Assembly: GCA_963826115.1 (NCBI GenBank) | Contig: CAWGVS010000005.1 | Location: 704,001 to 768,000, forward strand | DNA length: 64,000 nucleotides | Origin: an uncultured Candidatus Rokubacteria bacterium | Lineage (GTDB): Bacteria > Methylomirabilota > Methylomirabilia > Rokubacteriales > DASRDR01 | Direction of reading: 5' to 3' | Part shown: piece by piece, positions 56,046 through 64,000 of the stretch | How the letters are laid out: each line of letters opens with the position of its first letter | How positions within the stretch are numbered: the stretch's first letter is position 1 | The notes under the pieces: generated by a model | The model's input: the letters and a program-made list of their open reading frames with translations, nothing else | What the model was told of the DNA's origin: nothing | Database searches by the model: none | Position numbers and translations under genes: made by a program

Positions 56046-56372
56046 TTACTTGAGCATGCGAATCATCAACGCGACGACTAGTAGACTGGAGATCGGAACG
56101 GTCAGGACCAACCAGGTTAGGACATGGAGTTGCCGGCGAAGTCTCAGCAGGGCAGTGTCACCGCGAAGGATCTCCGCCGATCGCTGCCGATAGAAGAAGA
56201 ACAGCTGTTCCGGATGGCGTATCCCCCAAAAGGCCTCGGGCATCACCTTCTCTGCAACGTTGGGGTACCGTCGCATGAACTGAAGCTGCAATCGGGCGCC
56301 CACGATGCCCATTGCAAGGAAGAGGATCCCGTTGCCGAGGAACAGAAGCACACCTACCAGCGGGCTGACCAC
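56046..56372 (-). CDS. Small two-TM membrane protein
   Basis: 108-aa ORF with hydrophobic N- and C-terminal helices; TAGAAT -10 at 56418-56423 (minus). Confidence 0.7.
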   Translation of the reverse strand: MVSPLVGVLLFLGNGILFLAMGIVGARLQLQFMRRYPNVAEKVMPEAFWGIRHPEQLFFFYRQRSAEILRGDTALLRLRRQLHVLTWLVLTVPISSLLVVALMIRMLK

Positions 56373-56428
56373 GACCCCACCCCCGCGCGACTCCTCAGGT
56401 TTGTGTCGGCGGCCGCTATTCTACGCTC

Positions 56429-56506
56429 CTACGCTGCGCGCCGGAGCGCGACGAGTCGCCGGATCGGTCGCGAGTAGCGTGGGCCGGACCCCGCCGGGGG
56501 CACCAA
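56429..56506 (-). other. attP half-site encoding integrase C-terminal tail (outer copy) / attR
   Basis: Reads LVPPAGSGPRYSRPIRRLVALRRAA*; 29/30 nt identical to 55966-55995 over 56474-56503. Confidence 0.8.
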
Positions 56507-56548
56507 TTAATCAAGTAGTTACGCGACACCATTTCTGAGACGAGCCGG

Positions 56549-56572
56549 TTTTGTGGCGATTTTTGTGGCGAT
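56549..56572. repeat. 12-bp tandem repeat, tyrosine-integrase arm-site-like
   Basis: TTTTGTGGCGAT x2, 42 nt after the att core. Confidence 0.6.
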
Positions 56573-56761
56573 CTTGAGTCGGAGGTCCTGAGACGGCCCC
56601 CAACATCCCAGGCGGCGGAAGGAACCGTTATCATCCCAGTCGTGGGCTAGGCGTCGGCTACCTACCGACGTTTAACGAGCAGAATCCTCGCCGCCCTGCC
56701 CGCGGAATGTCCCCCGAGGCGTTCCACCCGAGGAGAAGCGACACGTAGAGGAGGGCGATCA

Positions 56762-57187
56762 ATGCCGGCGAATCCGCTCATCGGGACGTGGCGGCTCGTG
56801 TCGTGGGAGCTGCGGGACGCGGATGGCCGTGTCACGTACCCCTGGGGTCGCGATCCAGTAGGGTTCATCACGTATACCGTGGACGGGCGCATGGCTGTGC
56901 AGTTTGGGCGTTCGGACCGCGCTCAGCTCTCCGTTGCCGATTGGCTGGCCGCATCTGACGCGGAGATCGTGGCGGCGGCCCGGGGCTACTTCGCATACTG
57001 CGGCACCTACGAGTGCCGAGACGACACGGTCGTGCACCGGCTGGACCTCTGCCTGATGCCCAACTGGATCGGCGGAGAGCAGGTGCGCCAGGTCGCGTTG
57101 AAGGGGGACACCGTCACTCTCTTCACGCCGCCCACCCAGCTCGGCGGCCAGCAACGGGCCAGCAGCCTCGTCTGGCGGCGAGTGTGA
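56762..57187 (+). CDS. Lipocalin-like domain protein
   Basis: LIGTWRLVSW, P.G.ITYT.DGRM, YFAYCGTY, PNWIG.EQ.R, LVWRR. Confidence 0.88.
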   Translation: MPANPLIGTWRLVSWELRDADGRVTYPWGRDPVGFITYTVDGRMAVQFGRSDRAQLSVADWLAASDAEIVAAARGYFAYCGTYECRDDTVVHRLDLCLMPNWIGGEQVRQVALKGDTVTLFTPPTQLGGQQRASSLVWRRV

Positions 57188-57221
57188 AGCCAACCCCGTA
57201 AGCGACAGGCTCGTGGGCTAG

Positions 57222-57252
57222 TGAACCGCCCCGGGAAACCCGGGGCGGTTCA
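57222..57252. repeat. Perfect 14-bp palindrome resembling fused IS3-family ends
   Basis: TGAACCGCCCCGGG-AAA-CCCGGGGCGGTTCA. Confidence 0.75.
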
Positions 57253-57416
57253 GTCGCACGGTGCGAGCTTGGGCGCTTCCGTTCTTCGCTACGCGTCCTG
57301 GCCATCGCTTTTCAAGGCCATGAAAGTGTGGGAGGGGTTATGTACCATCTGAACGACTCGACCCACACGGAGGTCGATCCAAGCGCGGCAGTTCAATGCT
57401 CACCAGGAGGCGGGAC

Positions 57417-57914
57417 GTGACAACACACACCGCGGAGAACCCCGGCGAGGCGCAAGCCAAGCGTCTTGAGCATGTCTACGAGGAGGTGGCCAAGCTGCTG
57501 CGAGACCCCAAGGTGGCCTCGCGTCTGCGCACGGCGCCGGGTGAAAATGAGTGGTCAGCGATGCAGACGCTGGGACACATGACGGAGCTGATCCCGTACT
57601 GGTTGCATCACTGTCGCGCCCTGATCGCCGCGACGGGAGCCCCGCCCACGTTCGGACGCACGCCCGGCTCGCCTGAGCGACTCGCTGGGGTCGCGTACGG
57701 GGCTGCCGCTCAACCCGACGTGCTGTTGTCCCAGCTAGAGAAGGAAGTTCGGGCAGCAGCCGGCACGATCCGGAACCTGTCCACAGCCGAGCGCGGTAAG
57801 CGGGGTATTGACCACGAGAGGGGCGAGGTGACCGTCGCCGACGTCCTCGAGAGGTTCATTGTCAGCCACGCCGAAGGGCACTTGGCACAGGCACAGGCCG
57901 CGCTTCGGGGTTAG
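57417..57914 (+). CDS. DinB-family protein
   Basis: GGAGG RBS; EWSAMQTLGH..YW, HAEGHLAQ. Confidence 0.85.
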   Translation: MTTHTAENPGEAQAKRLEHVYEEVAKLLRDPKVASRLRTAPGENEWSAMQTLGHMTELIPYWLHHCRALIAATGAPPTFGRTPGSPERLAGVAYGAAAQPDVLLSQLEKEVRAAAGTIRNLSTAERGKRGIDHERGEVTVADVLERFIVSHAEGHLAQAQAALRG

Positions 57915-58071
57915 TCATCGGCCTCCGGCACCCGACGTGGTCTTCGCCCTTGACGTGGACTGGCGGCCCGCAGGCGCGACCCGACGGCTGGCCCGTGGGC
58001 AAGCGCGGCCTTTGATCTCAGTCCCGCCGCGCGATGATGAGCCAGCGAGGTAACTCGGCACCGCTGCGCAC

Positions 58072-58215
58072 TTACTCGATCACCTCATCCGCCCGTGCCA
58101 GCACCGCCGAGGGCAGGTCGGTCGGCTTGGCGCCTTTGAGGATCTTGTCCACGTAGGTGGCGACGCACCGAAACAAATCACCAAGGGCTGCACCGTGAGA
58201 GATGAGGCCCCCGGA
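58072..58215 (-). pseudogene. C-terminal relic of an ABC transporter substrate-binding protein (ABC_sub_bind type)
   Basis: [47 protein letters not shown], with the usual VEQPTKFELVINLKTAKALG segment missing. Confidence 0.75.
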
Positions 58216-59187
58216 TCAGCGGGTGGAAAACTCCTGCTGGATGCGAGCCACGTCGGTGATGTTGTTGGCCAGGAGCAGCTGGAGCAGCACGCGGGCCTTG
58301 GGCGGGTTGAGATCGAGCGCGGCCACGAAGCCCAGTTGGTCGTCGTTGAGCTCCGCGTTGCGGAGTGTGAAGCCCGAGCCGACTCGGCTGGAGCGGACCA
58401 CGATGACCCCCTGTTTCGCGGCGGCGGACAGCGCGTCGACGACCGCCTTGGACGAGTTGCCGTCGCCGACGCCGGCGAGGACGATACCCTTGGCGCCGCG
58501 CTTCACTGCGTCGGACACCTCATCGGCCATCATGTGTGAGTGCGAGTAGATAATGTCCACGCGGGGGAGGGGAGCCTTGTCGGGCGCCTTGAAGCGAGGA
58601 CGCGGGTAGTTCACAAGGGGAGCGACAAACCGCACGGACGCGGCGTCGACGTAACCGGCCGGGCCGCTGTTCGGGGAAGCGAACGTCTGCAGGCTCGTGG
58701 TGTTGGTCTTGGTCGCGTCGCGTGACTCGTGGATCGTGTCGTTCAGGACGAGCAGCACGCCGCGCCCGCGCGCCTCCTCGGAGGCGGCGACCTTCACCGC
58801 GGCGTAGAGGTTGGCAGGGCCGTCGGCGCCGACGGCGGTGGATGGGCGCATGGACCCCACCAGCACCACCGGCTTGTCGCTGGCGACGACCTGCTCGAGG
58901 AAGAACGCCGTCTCCTCCATGGTGTCGGTGCCGTGCGTGACCACGACTCCGTCGGCATCTCCCGTGCTGAAGAGCTCGTTGATCCGCCTGGCCAGGGTGA
59001 CCCACACCTCGTCGTTCATGTCCTGGCTGCCGATATTGGAGATCTGGTCGGTGGTGAGCATCGCGAGCTTCTCGATGCCAGGGACGGCGTCGATGAGGTC
59101 TTTGGCGGATGCCTGGCCCGACGTGTAGCCCACCTCGGAGATGGTGTTGGCCTTGCCGGCGATCGTCCCGCCCGTGGCGAGGATGGT
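58216..59187 (-). pseudogene. Type II L-asparaginase, 5'-truncated
   Basis: TILATGGTIAG, HGTDTMEET, GSMRP, LNPPKAR; no in-frame start codon upstream of the ATGGTIAG motif before TGA at 59224-59226. Confidence 0.75.
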
Positions 59188-59541
59188 CCAAAGCCTGTTG
59201 CGTGCCCCCTCCCCAGGCTCGTGTCAGCTCAGCGGGCGGATTCCCAGGGTGGCCGGACTCTATCGCGCGGCGGGCCGGCCCGGCAAGGGCCAGAGCGGGC
59301 CGGGACAGCCTCGGGGAGACGTAGGTGAGAACCGGCTTCCAGGGGTCGACGGGCAGACTGGGATGGCGGCGGCTGGGACGTCGAGATCGACGGCGGGTCA
59401 CGGGGCGGTGAGTGAACAGTACGGCGACGGCTGGGCCGCCAGTCCGAGCGCGCCGACCAGATGCCGCACACGTGCGGTTCCGTCAGCGCCCCAGGGTCCG
59501 CCGCGGGCCGCCGCAGCGCGGACAGACCAATGCTCCGGTCT

Positions 59542-59619
59542 CTACGCCGCGCGAATCAGAAGCGTCCCGCCAAGGGGAACTGTGTCATACCGGGCAGTCT
59601 CCTTCGGGGCCACCAACTC
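59542..59619 (-). other. Degenerate tRNA-end copy with a third integrase-like tail
   Basis: CGGGGCCACCAACTC (14/15 match to 47894-47908); reads ELVAPKETARYDTVPLGGTLLIRAA*. Confidence 0.6.
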
Positions 59620-59862
59620 TTTCGAATACCTACCCGACCGAGTCCGCGACGATCCCGGCCGATTTGGACCGTTCTGACACTGAACCACTCGGATCTCTCC
59701 GACCAACCGGAGCCAAAAGTGGATCGACGTGTAGACCCCGGGACCACGGTATACTGGGGGCCTCGAATCACGCCCGGATCGGCCGCAAAGCGATTGAGCT
59801 TCTGCGGTACCCGCCTCCCCGTGCAACGAGCCACGCAGCCATCCCCCGGGTGAGGTGTCTTC

Positions 59863-60138
59863 ATGACGAACGTCGATCCCGAACTTGCTCGGCCGCGATT
59901 CACGCTCCACGGCCCGATCCGGATCCTGGACCTCCCGGAGCGGCGGCTGAGCCTCGGCGAACGTAATCTCTGGCTGGCGCCGGACGTCCCGACCGGCGAC
60001 CTCGAATTCGGCGCGGAGGTGGTGGCGAAGGGCTACAAGGAAGAGGATCGATGGATCGTGGATCTCATCACGATCACCAGCGTCGCGGCCTCGAGGCGCC
60101 GGCCGATCTCACTTCGAAGCTCGCGACCTCGTTACTAG
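59863..60138 (+). CDS. Hypothetical protein (91 aa)
   Basis: GAGG RBS, globular beta-rich composition. Confidence 0.55.
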   Translation: MTNVDPELARPRFTLHGPIRILDLPERRLSLGERNLWLAPDVPTGDLEFGAEVVAKGYKEEDRWIVDLITITSVAASRRRPISLRSSRPRY

Positions 60139-60596
60139 CCGTGAGGGAGCCGCATCCGGAAGCGGTCGTGGAAGGTCCGAGAGCCACATCCAGTAGAGGG
60201 CGGGTAGACCAGGACGCGCGGGGCGCGGCGTCGGAGAGCTCGGAGCCGGCCGGGGGCGGCCGAAGGGCGGGGACGAGATCAGTCGCGCGACGCGCCGACC
60301 ACGCTCTCGCCGTCGTGCGCGAGCAGGATTTCGCCGTTCGACAGGGCCGTGATCGTGAAGTCCTCCGCGTCGCTCCGCCGCTTCTTGTCGTCGCGGACGT
60401 CACACATCGCAGGAGGTTGGCAAGGGTCCACGGGCCCGCACCAGGTGGTGCCAGGCCTAGTGTCACTAGCGGTGTCAGTTCAGGAGTACACCTTACGTAC
60501 CGTTGACCTGTTACCGCCCGTCGGGCAGTATGGCCGCGTCCTTGCGATGCAGCTACCTACGTGTCAACCCGAACCGTCGAGAGAATGGAGTGTCCG

Positions 60597-60905
60597 ATGC
60601 GCTTTGTCATGAAAGTCAGCATTCCGGTCGAGAAGTTCAACGCTGCGGTCCGAGACGGGAGCGCAGGTAAGAAGCTCCAGCAGATCCTGGACGACACGAA
60701 GCCTGAGGCGGTGTACTTCTGGGAGGAAGACGGCAAGCGCGGAGGCATCATGGTCGTCAACCTCGAGAAGGCGTCCCAAATCCCAGCGTTTGCCGAGCCG
60801 TGGTTCCTGTCTTTCGATGCGAGTGTGGCGTTTCACCCTTGCATGACACCGCAGGATCTCGCTGCGGCGGGTCTGGACGCGCTGGGAAAGAAGTACGCCC
60901 GCTAG
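60597..60905 (+). CDS. Conserved hypothetical small protein (ferredoxin-like/DUF3303-like)
   Basis: KPEAVYF.E.DGKR, SQIPAFAEPWF..F.A.V.FHP.MTP.DL; GGAG RBS; TTGACC-N17-CAGTAT at 60503-60531. Confidence 0.8.
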   Translation: MRFVMKVSIPVEKFNAAVRDGSAGKKLQQILDDTKPEAVYFWEEDGKRGGIMVVNLEKASQIPAFAEPWFLSFDASVAFHPCMTPQDLAAAGLDALGKKYAR

Positions 60906-61265
60906 AAGGTTCGGTACCGAGATCGACACTCCGGCTTGACGTGGGTCGGGAGGTCGGAGGGGTGGAGCCCGGCCGGTGAGGCCGATGCCCAGCATTCGCG
61001 GGGCGACACCGGCGAGCTTCATCGCGCGTTGCTGTCGGAGGTGCGGAGGCGGCCGAGCCGGTAGGGCCGGATCCACGTTTCTCCGGTGTCGGAGCATTCG
61101 ATCCGCGGTCGCCACGTCTACACCGAGCTCTTGCGCGATCGTGGTGCAGGAATGCCCCCTCCCGCCTCGCGTCGCCAGCGCGTCGGTGACGTGCACCGGG
61201 CCGATTCTGGTCCTCTGGCGTCGCTTGGAGGGCACGAGTGGGCCGCGTTCGTGTTTCGATGCCGT

Positions 61266-61366
61266 GTGAACAAGCTCGAAGCCGGGAAGGAGGACCCTTC
61301 ATTGGCCACGATCAGTTCGCTCGCCAAAGCGCCCTCGGCCTGCCGGTGACGGCGCTGCTGGAGTAG
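61266..61366 (+). pseudogene. C-terminal half of an XRE HTH regulator, frameshifted
   Basis: VNKLEAGKEDPSLATISSLAKA/LGLPVTALLE* with 2 extra nt near 61332. Confidence 0.65.
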
Positions 61367-61369
61367 GAG

Positions 61370-61915
61370 ATGCCCAGTCGGCTCCTGGTCGAGCCCGAGC
61401 AAGAGCACGTCGAGCCGGAAAATGCCGTTGGAAGTTTCTCCCTGTTTCGGATCGCAGCGCGCGGGGGAGCATCGCGGCGGCGCGGTTTCGGCGTAGCTGC
61501 ACTTCTCTTCTTTCTGTTTGACGGGTGCGCCGCGTCGGGACCGAAGCTTAGTCCGGCGGACTACGCATTCCATAGCGTGGTGCTGCCAACGGCGGAATAC
61601 CCGGCGGTCTATCCATTGCCCAGCGTGGAGCCTCAAATCGAGCTCCACTGGCGGGTGATCGTGGATTCGAACCGTGTTCAAGCCGACGGATTGATGGAGC
61701 GGCAGCGTGAGTCCCACATCAAGGAGGCGTGGCTGCAGCTCGTCGGAATCGACGCGACGGGCCGGATCGTGAGCTTCACGCCGCCAACCCGGTTCTCCTG
61801 GCGATCTGCCAGCGCGCTCGAGTCGTTCATGATTGCGCTCGAGCCTCGGGGCGGCGAGAAGCGCTACGAAGTGCAGCTGTACATGTTCGAGTTTGAGCCG
61901 CAGTTGACGCATTAG
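61370..61915 (+). CDS. Hypothetical exported/lipoprotein-like protein
   Basis: Hydrophobic stretch ending FDGC, followed by a beta-rich domain; start uncertain. Confidence 0.6.
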   Translation: MPSRLLVEPEQEHVEPENAVGSFSLFRIAARGGASRRRGFGVAALLFFLFDGCAASGPKLSPADYAFHSVVLPTAEYPAVYPLPSVEPQIELHWRVIVDSNRVQADGLMERQRESHIKEAWLQLVGIDATGRIVSFTPPTRFSWRSASALESFMIALEPRGGEKRYEVQLYMFEFEPQLTH

Positions 61916-62042
61916 TCCGGCGGCCCGCGATGCTCTTGTCATGGCGTCGTGGAGCTTAGCCAGAGCGGTGATGCGGGCCACGCGGCCGTGGTGACTCAGG
62001 CGTCGTTCTGACTGGGGGCAAAGGCGCGGCTGGGCCGATGGC

Positions 62043-62124
62043 GACCTCGAGGCCGGTTCACGTACTCGCGGGTGATCTTTGCCCGTTTCGCCAGCTCGGC
62101 CTGGCCATATTCTTGGTCCCGCAG
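62043..62124 (-). pseudogene. N-terminal half of an XRE HTH regulator
   Basis: QAELAKRAKITREYVNR/LEV with a frameshift. Confidence 0.55.
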
Positions 62125-62200
62125 ATCAGATGATGTGGATGAGGGTGGCCGCCGTCGAGAGGACGAGATACAAGAAAGCCGCGGCGGATACCGATGAGAG

Positions 62201-62644
62201 CTAACTGGCGCATTTGAGTGTCCGTACTCGCGTCTGCATGTACTTCACGAACTCAGGCGAGTAGTCACCACAGTTGAAGACACCCTGTTCCAGATAGCCA
62301 CGGTGTTGGCGAAGTATTGAGGCGATGGCTCTCTCCCATCGCGGGTCATTGCCAACCAGGTCCCAAAGAGTCTCGGCAGTGAACAGCGCGTGCGTGGCAA
62401 ACCAGCCATATCGGGCATCCACGGGTTGGTCGTGGCTTCGGCTGGCCAAGTCAGGGTGCTCTACGGTCAGCTTGAGGTACTCCTGAAGAACGCCGAGGGC
62501 AGCAACTTGCCGTTGCTCGGCCGCGCTGCGCTGATACGTCAGCACCCCGAACACCACGGATACGGCGGTGACGACTGCGCCAAGAATCGTCGCTAAGTGC
62601 GCCGGGCGCTGCCATCTCAGTTCAGGTGTGGCAATCCTGTCCAC
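62201..62644 (-). CDS. Hypothetical protein with N-terminal TM helix
   Basis: 147-aa ORF, GGAGG RBS, visibly lower GC than the core genes. Confidence 0.7.
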   Translation of the reverse strand: MDRIATPELRWQRPAHLATILGAVVTAVSVVFGVLTYQRSAAEQRQVAALGVLQEYLKLTVEHPDLASRSHDQPVDARYGWFATHALFTAETLWDLVGNDPRWERAIASILRQHRGYLEQGVFNCGDYSPEFVKYMQTRVRTLKCAS

Positions 62645-62762
62645 CGGCGGCCTCCATCGCTATGCGCGGGCGGGACGGTCGGTGCAGCGGGGAGAGTAGC
62701 GCAGCGCCCGAGGGCCGAGGGCTGACCCGCAGTCGATTCGACGCCACGACACGTGAACTTCT

Positions 62763-62774
62763 CCGGGGGCACCA
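62763..62774 (+). repeat. Outermost copy of the tRNA-Arg 3' end (att scar)
   Basis: CCGGGGGCACCA identical to 47893-47904. Confidence 0.7.
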
Positions 62775-63040
62775 TTGTCAGGCAGTCGAGATCAGCCGCC
62801 GCCTAGCCCGCGAGGCCTACGCCACTCGTCATACTTCGGCTCGCAGCGCGGGCATGTCGGCGACTCGACCCGAGACGAACCTGAGGAGCTTCCCGTTCCT
62901 CGTAGGCCAGGTGGAAGCACTTGCCTTGGATGCCCGACTCGCGGAGCGATCCGCTGGCCGGGCAGCCTTGCAGGGGCTACGCCGCCACGAGGTCGGGGCA
63001 AGCCCGACCGACGTGGCGGCGACGCGCAGCCGAGGGCCGC

Positions 63041-64000
63041 TCAGCTCCCTGGCGCGTTGGGGACGAACTGGTTGGTGTAGAACGCGTCGGCGCTCATGCT
63101 CGTCTCCAGTCCCATGAACTGCTTCATGAGCGACAGTGTCTGGGCCCAGTCCTCGGGCGCGAGGTAGCCGATCGGCTTGCCGGCGGTGGCCTTCGACGGC
63201 ATCAGCGAGATCCCGACCCTGAGCTGCTCGAGGCCGAGCTCGGTCTCGAGATCGGCCTTCACCTTCTGTCCGGCCTTGATCGCCGCCGCCGGGTCGGCGA
63301 TCGCGGCCTGGAAGCTGCGCACCGTCGCCTTGACGAATCGCCGGACGAGGTCGGGGTTCGACTTGATGGTGTCCTCGTGGGTGTGGATCTGGAGCCCGGT
63401 GGTGTTGACACCGTACTTTGCGTACCCGAAGTCGGTGATCGGCACGCCTTGCCGCGGCAGGGTGATCGACTGGTTGTCGAGCCCGGCCATGATCGCCTCG
63501 ACGCGCTTCTCGGCGATCGCCACCATCTTGCCCGCGCCCTCGACGCGCAGGATCTTGACCTTGTCGCCGTCGACGCCATTGGCCTTCCACAGTGCGGGCA
63601 GCAGCTGAAGCCCCGCCTCTCCGGGCGCGCTGGCAATCGTCTTGCCCTCGAGATCCTTGAGCGCCTTGACGCCGGCGTCGGTGCGCACCGAGACGGCGTA
63701 GGGCGAGGAGCTGGTCACCGACATGACGGCGCGGATCGCCCCGCCCTTGGTCGCGACGTTGATCACGCTGGGGCCGTCGGACAGGCCGAACATGTCGCCC
63801 TTTGCGCCGACGGTCTGCGCCGAGCGCACCGAGCCCTGACCCTCGCCGATCTCGAGCGCAATGCCCTCCTCGCGGTAGTAGCCGCGCTCGAGCCCGAGAT
63901 AGAAAGGCGTGTGGAAGCCGTACATGATCCAGTTCAGGCGGAACGTCACCTTGTCCTGCGCGGACGCGCCGCCGGCGGCGAGCAACGCCGCCGCCAACAC
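63041..64000 (-). CDS. NMT1/THI5-like (SsuA-type) ABC substrate-binding protein, 5' end outside window
   Basis: VTFRLNW....H.PFY.G.ERGYY.EEGI, LKDLEGKTI, NPDLVRRFVKAT, YTNQF. Confidence 0.9.
   Translation of the reverse strand: MLAAALLAAGGASAQDKVTFRLNWIMYGFHTPFYLGLERGYYREEGIALEIGEGQGSVRSAQTVGAKGDMFGLSDGPSVINVATKGGAIRAVMSVTSSSPYAVSVRTDAGVKALKDLEGKTIASAPGEAGLQLLPALWKANGVDGDKVKILRVEGAGKMVAIAEKRVEAIMAGLDNQSITLPRQGVPITDFGYAKYGVNTTGLQIHTHEDTIKSNPDLVRRFVKATVRSFQAAIADPAAAIKAGQKVKADLETELGLEQLRVGISLMPSKATAGKPIGYLAPEDWAQTLSLMKQFMGLETSMSADAFYTNQFVPNAPGS

Larger units (their letters stand above)
47893..56506 (-). mobile_element. Phage-satellite-like integrative element in tRNA-Arg
   Basis: CCGGGGGCACCAA direct repeat at 47893-47905 and 56494-56506 (inner copy CCGGGGGCAC at 55986-55995); recombinase, capsid, TerS, Rep and HTH genes. 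Confidence 0.88.

Noticed and set aside
47893-56506. Complete prophage or cf-PICI
   Set aside because: No portal, large terminase, protease, head-tail connector, tail or lysis genes between the att sites
59542-59910. 122-aa ORF as a full gene
   Set aside because: Only the last 25 or so codons resemble the integrase tail; the rest looks non-coding and overlaps the + strand ORF at 59863
61050-61190. HTH-like fragment TTIAQELGVDVATADRMLR on the minus strand as a transposase remnant
   Set aside because: Too short, with no catalytic domain or terminal repeats; cannot be supported without a search
62690-62774. Fourth integrase tail at the outermost att copy
   Set aside because: The same register reads VPPEKFTCRGVESTAGQPSALGRC.. 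with no RY..P or AA* ending

Overview
High-GC bacterial chromosome segment. Gene content and a decayed ABC substrate-binding paralogue suggest Rokubacteria/Methylomirabilota (inference only). Positions 1-47.4 kb are a co-oriented + strand housekeeping block: bamA-skp-lpxD-lpxA-gnnA-like-lpxI-lpxB-waaA-lpxK-LPS core genes-kdsB-trpS-scpAB-rluB-pheA-(hisC relic)-tyrA-aroA-cmk-plsC-rpsA-sppA-ihfB-mutS-mutL-miaA-hflX-CsgG-like-pgsA-like-DUF512-der-SPOR-ihfA-MerR-tRNA-Pro-surE-pcm-tRNA-Pro-acyP-M23-rpoS-like-OCD. From tRNA-Arg(CCT) (47828-47904) onward lies a stack of integrated islands. The first is an 8.1-8.6 kb phage-satellite-like element carrying a large serine recombinase, HK97-type capsid, P27 small terminase, Hjc-like nuclease, iteron-containing replication initiator, XRE regulator and a HEPN-like cargo gene, but no portal, TerL or tail genes. 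Main observation: the recombinase gene is split by its own att site. Integrated, it stops inside the tRNA antisense (..LVPPG*). Excision would fuse it in frame to a 21-aa tail ending LRRAA*, which resembles a ClpXP degron. Two diverged but frame-conserved copies of this tail flank a 508-bp single-gene module, and a third related RAA* tail lies at another tRNA-end copy further downstream. All coordinates and translations beyond the supplied ORF track were read by hand; no database searches were run.
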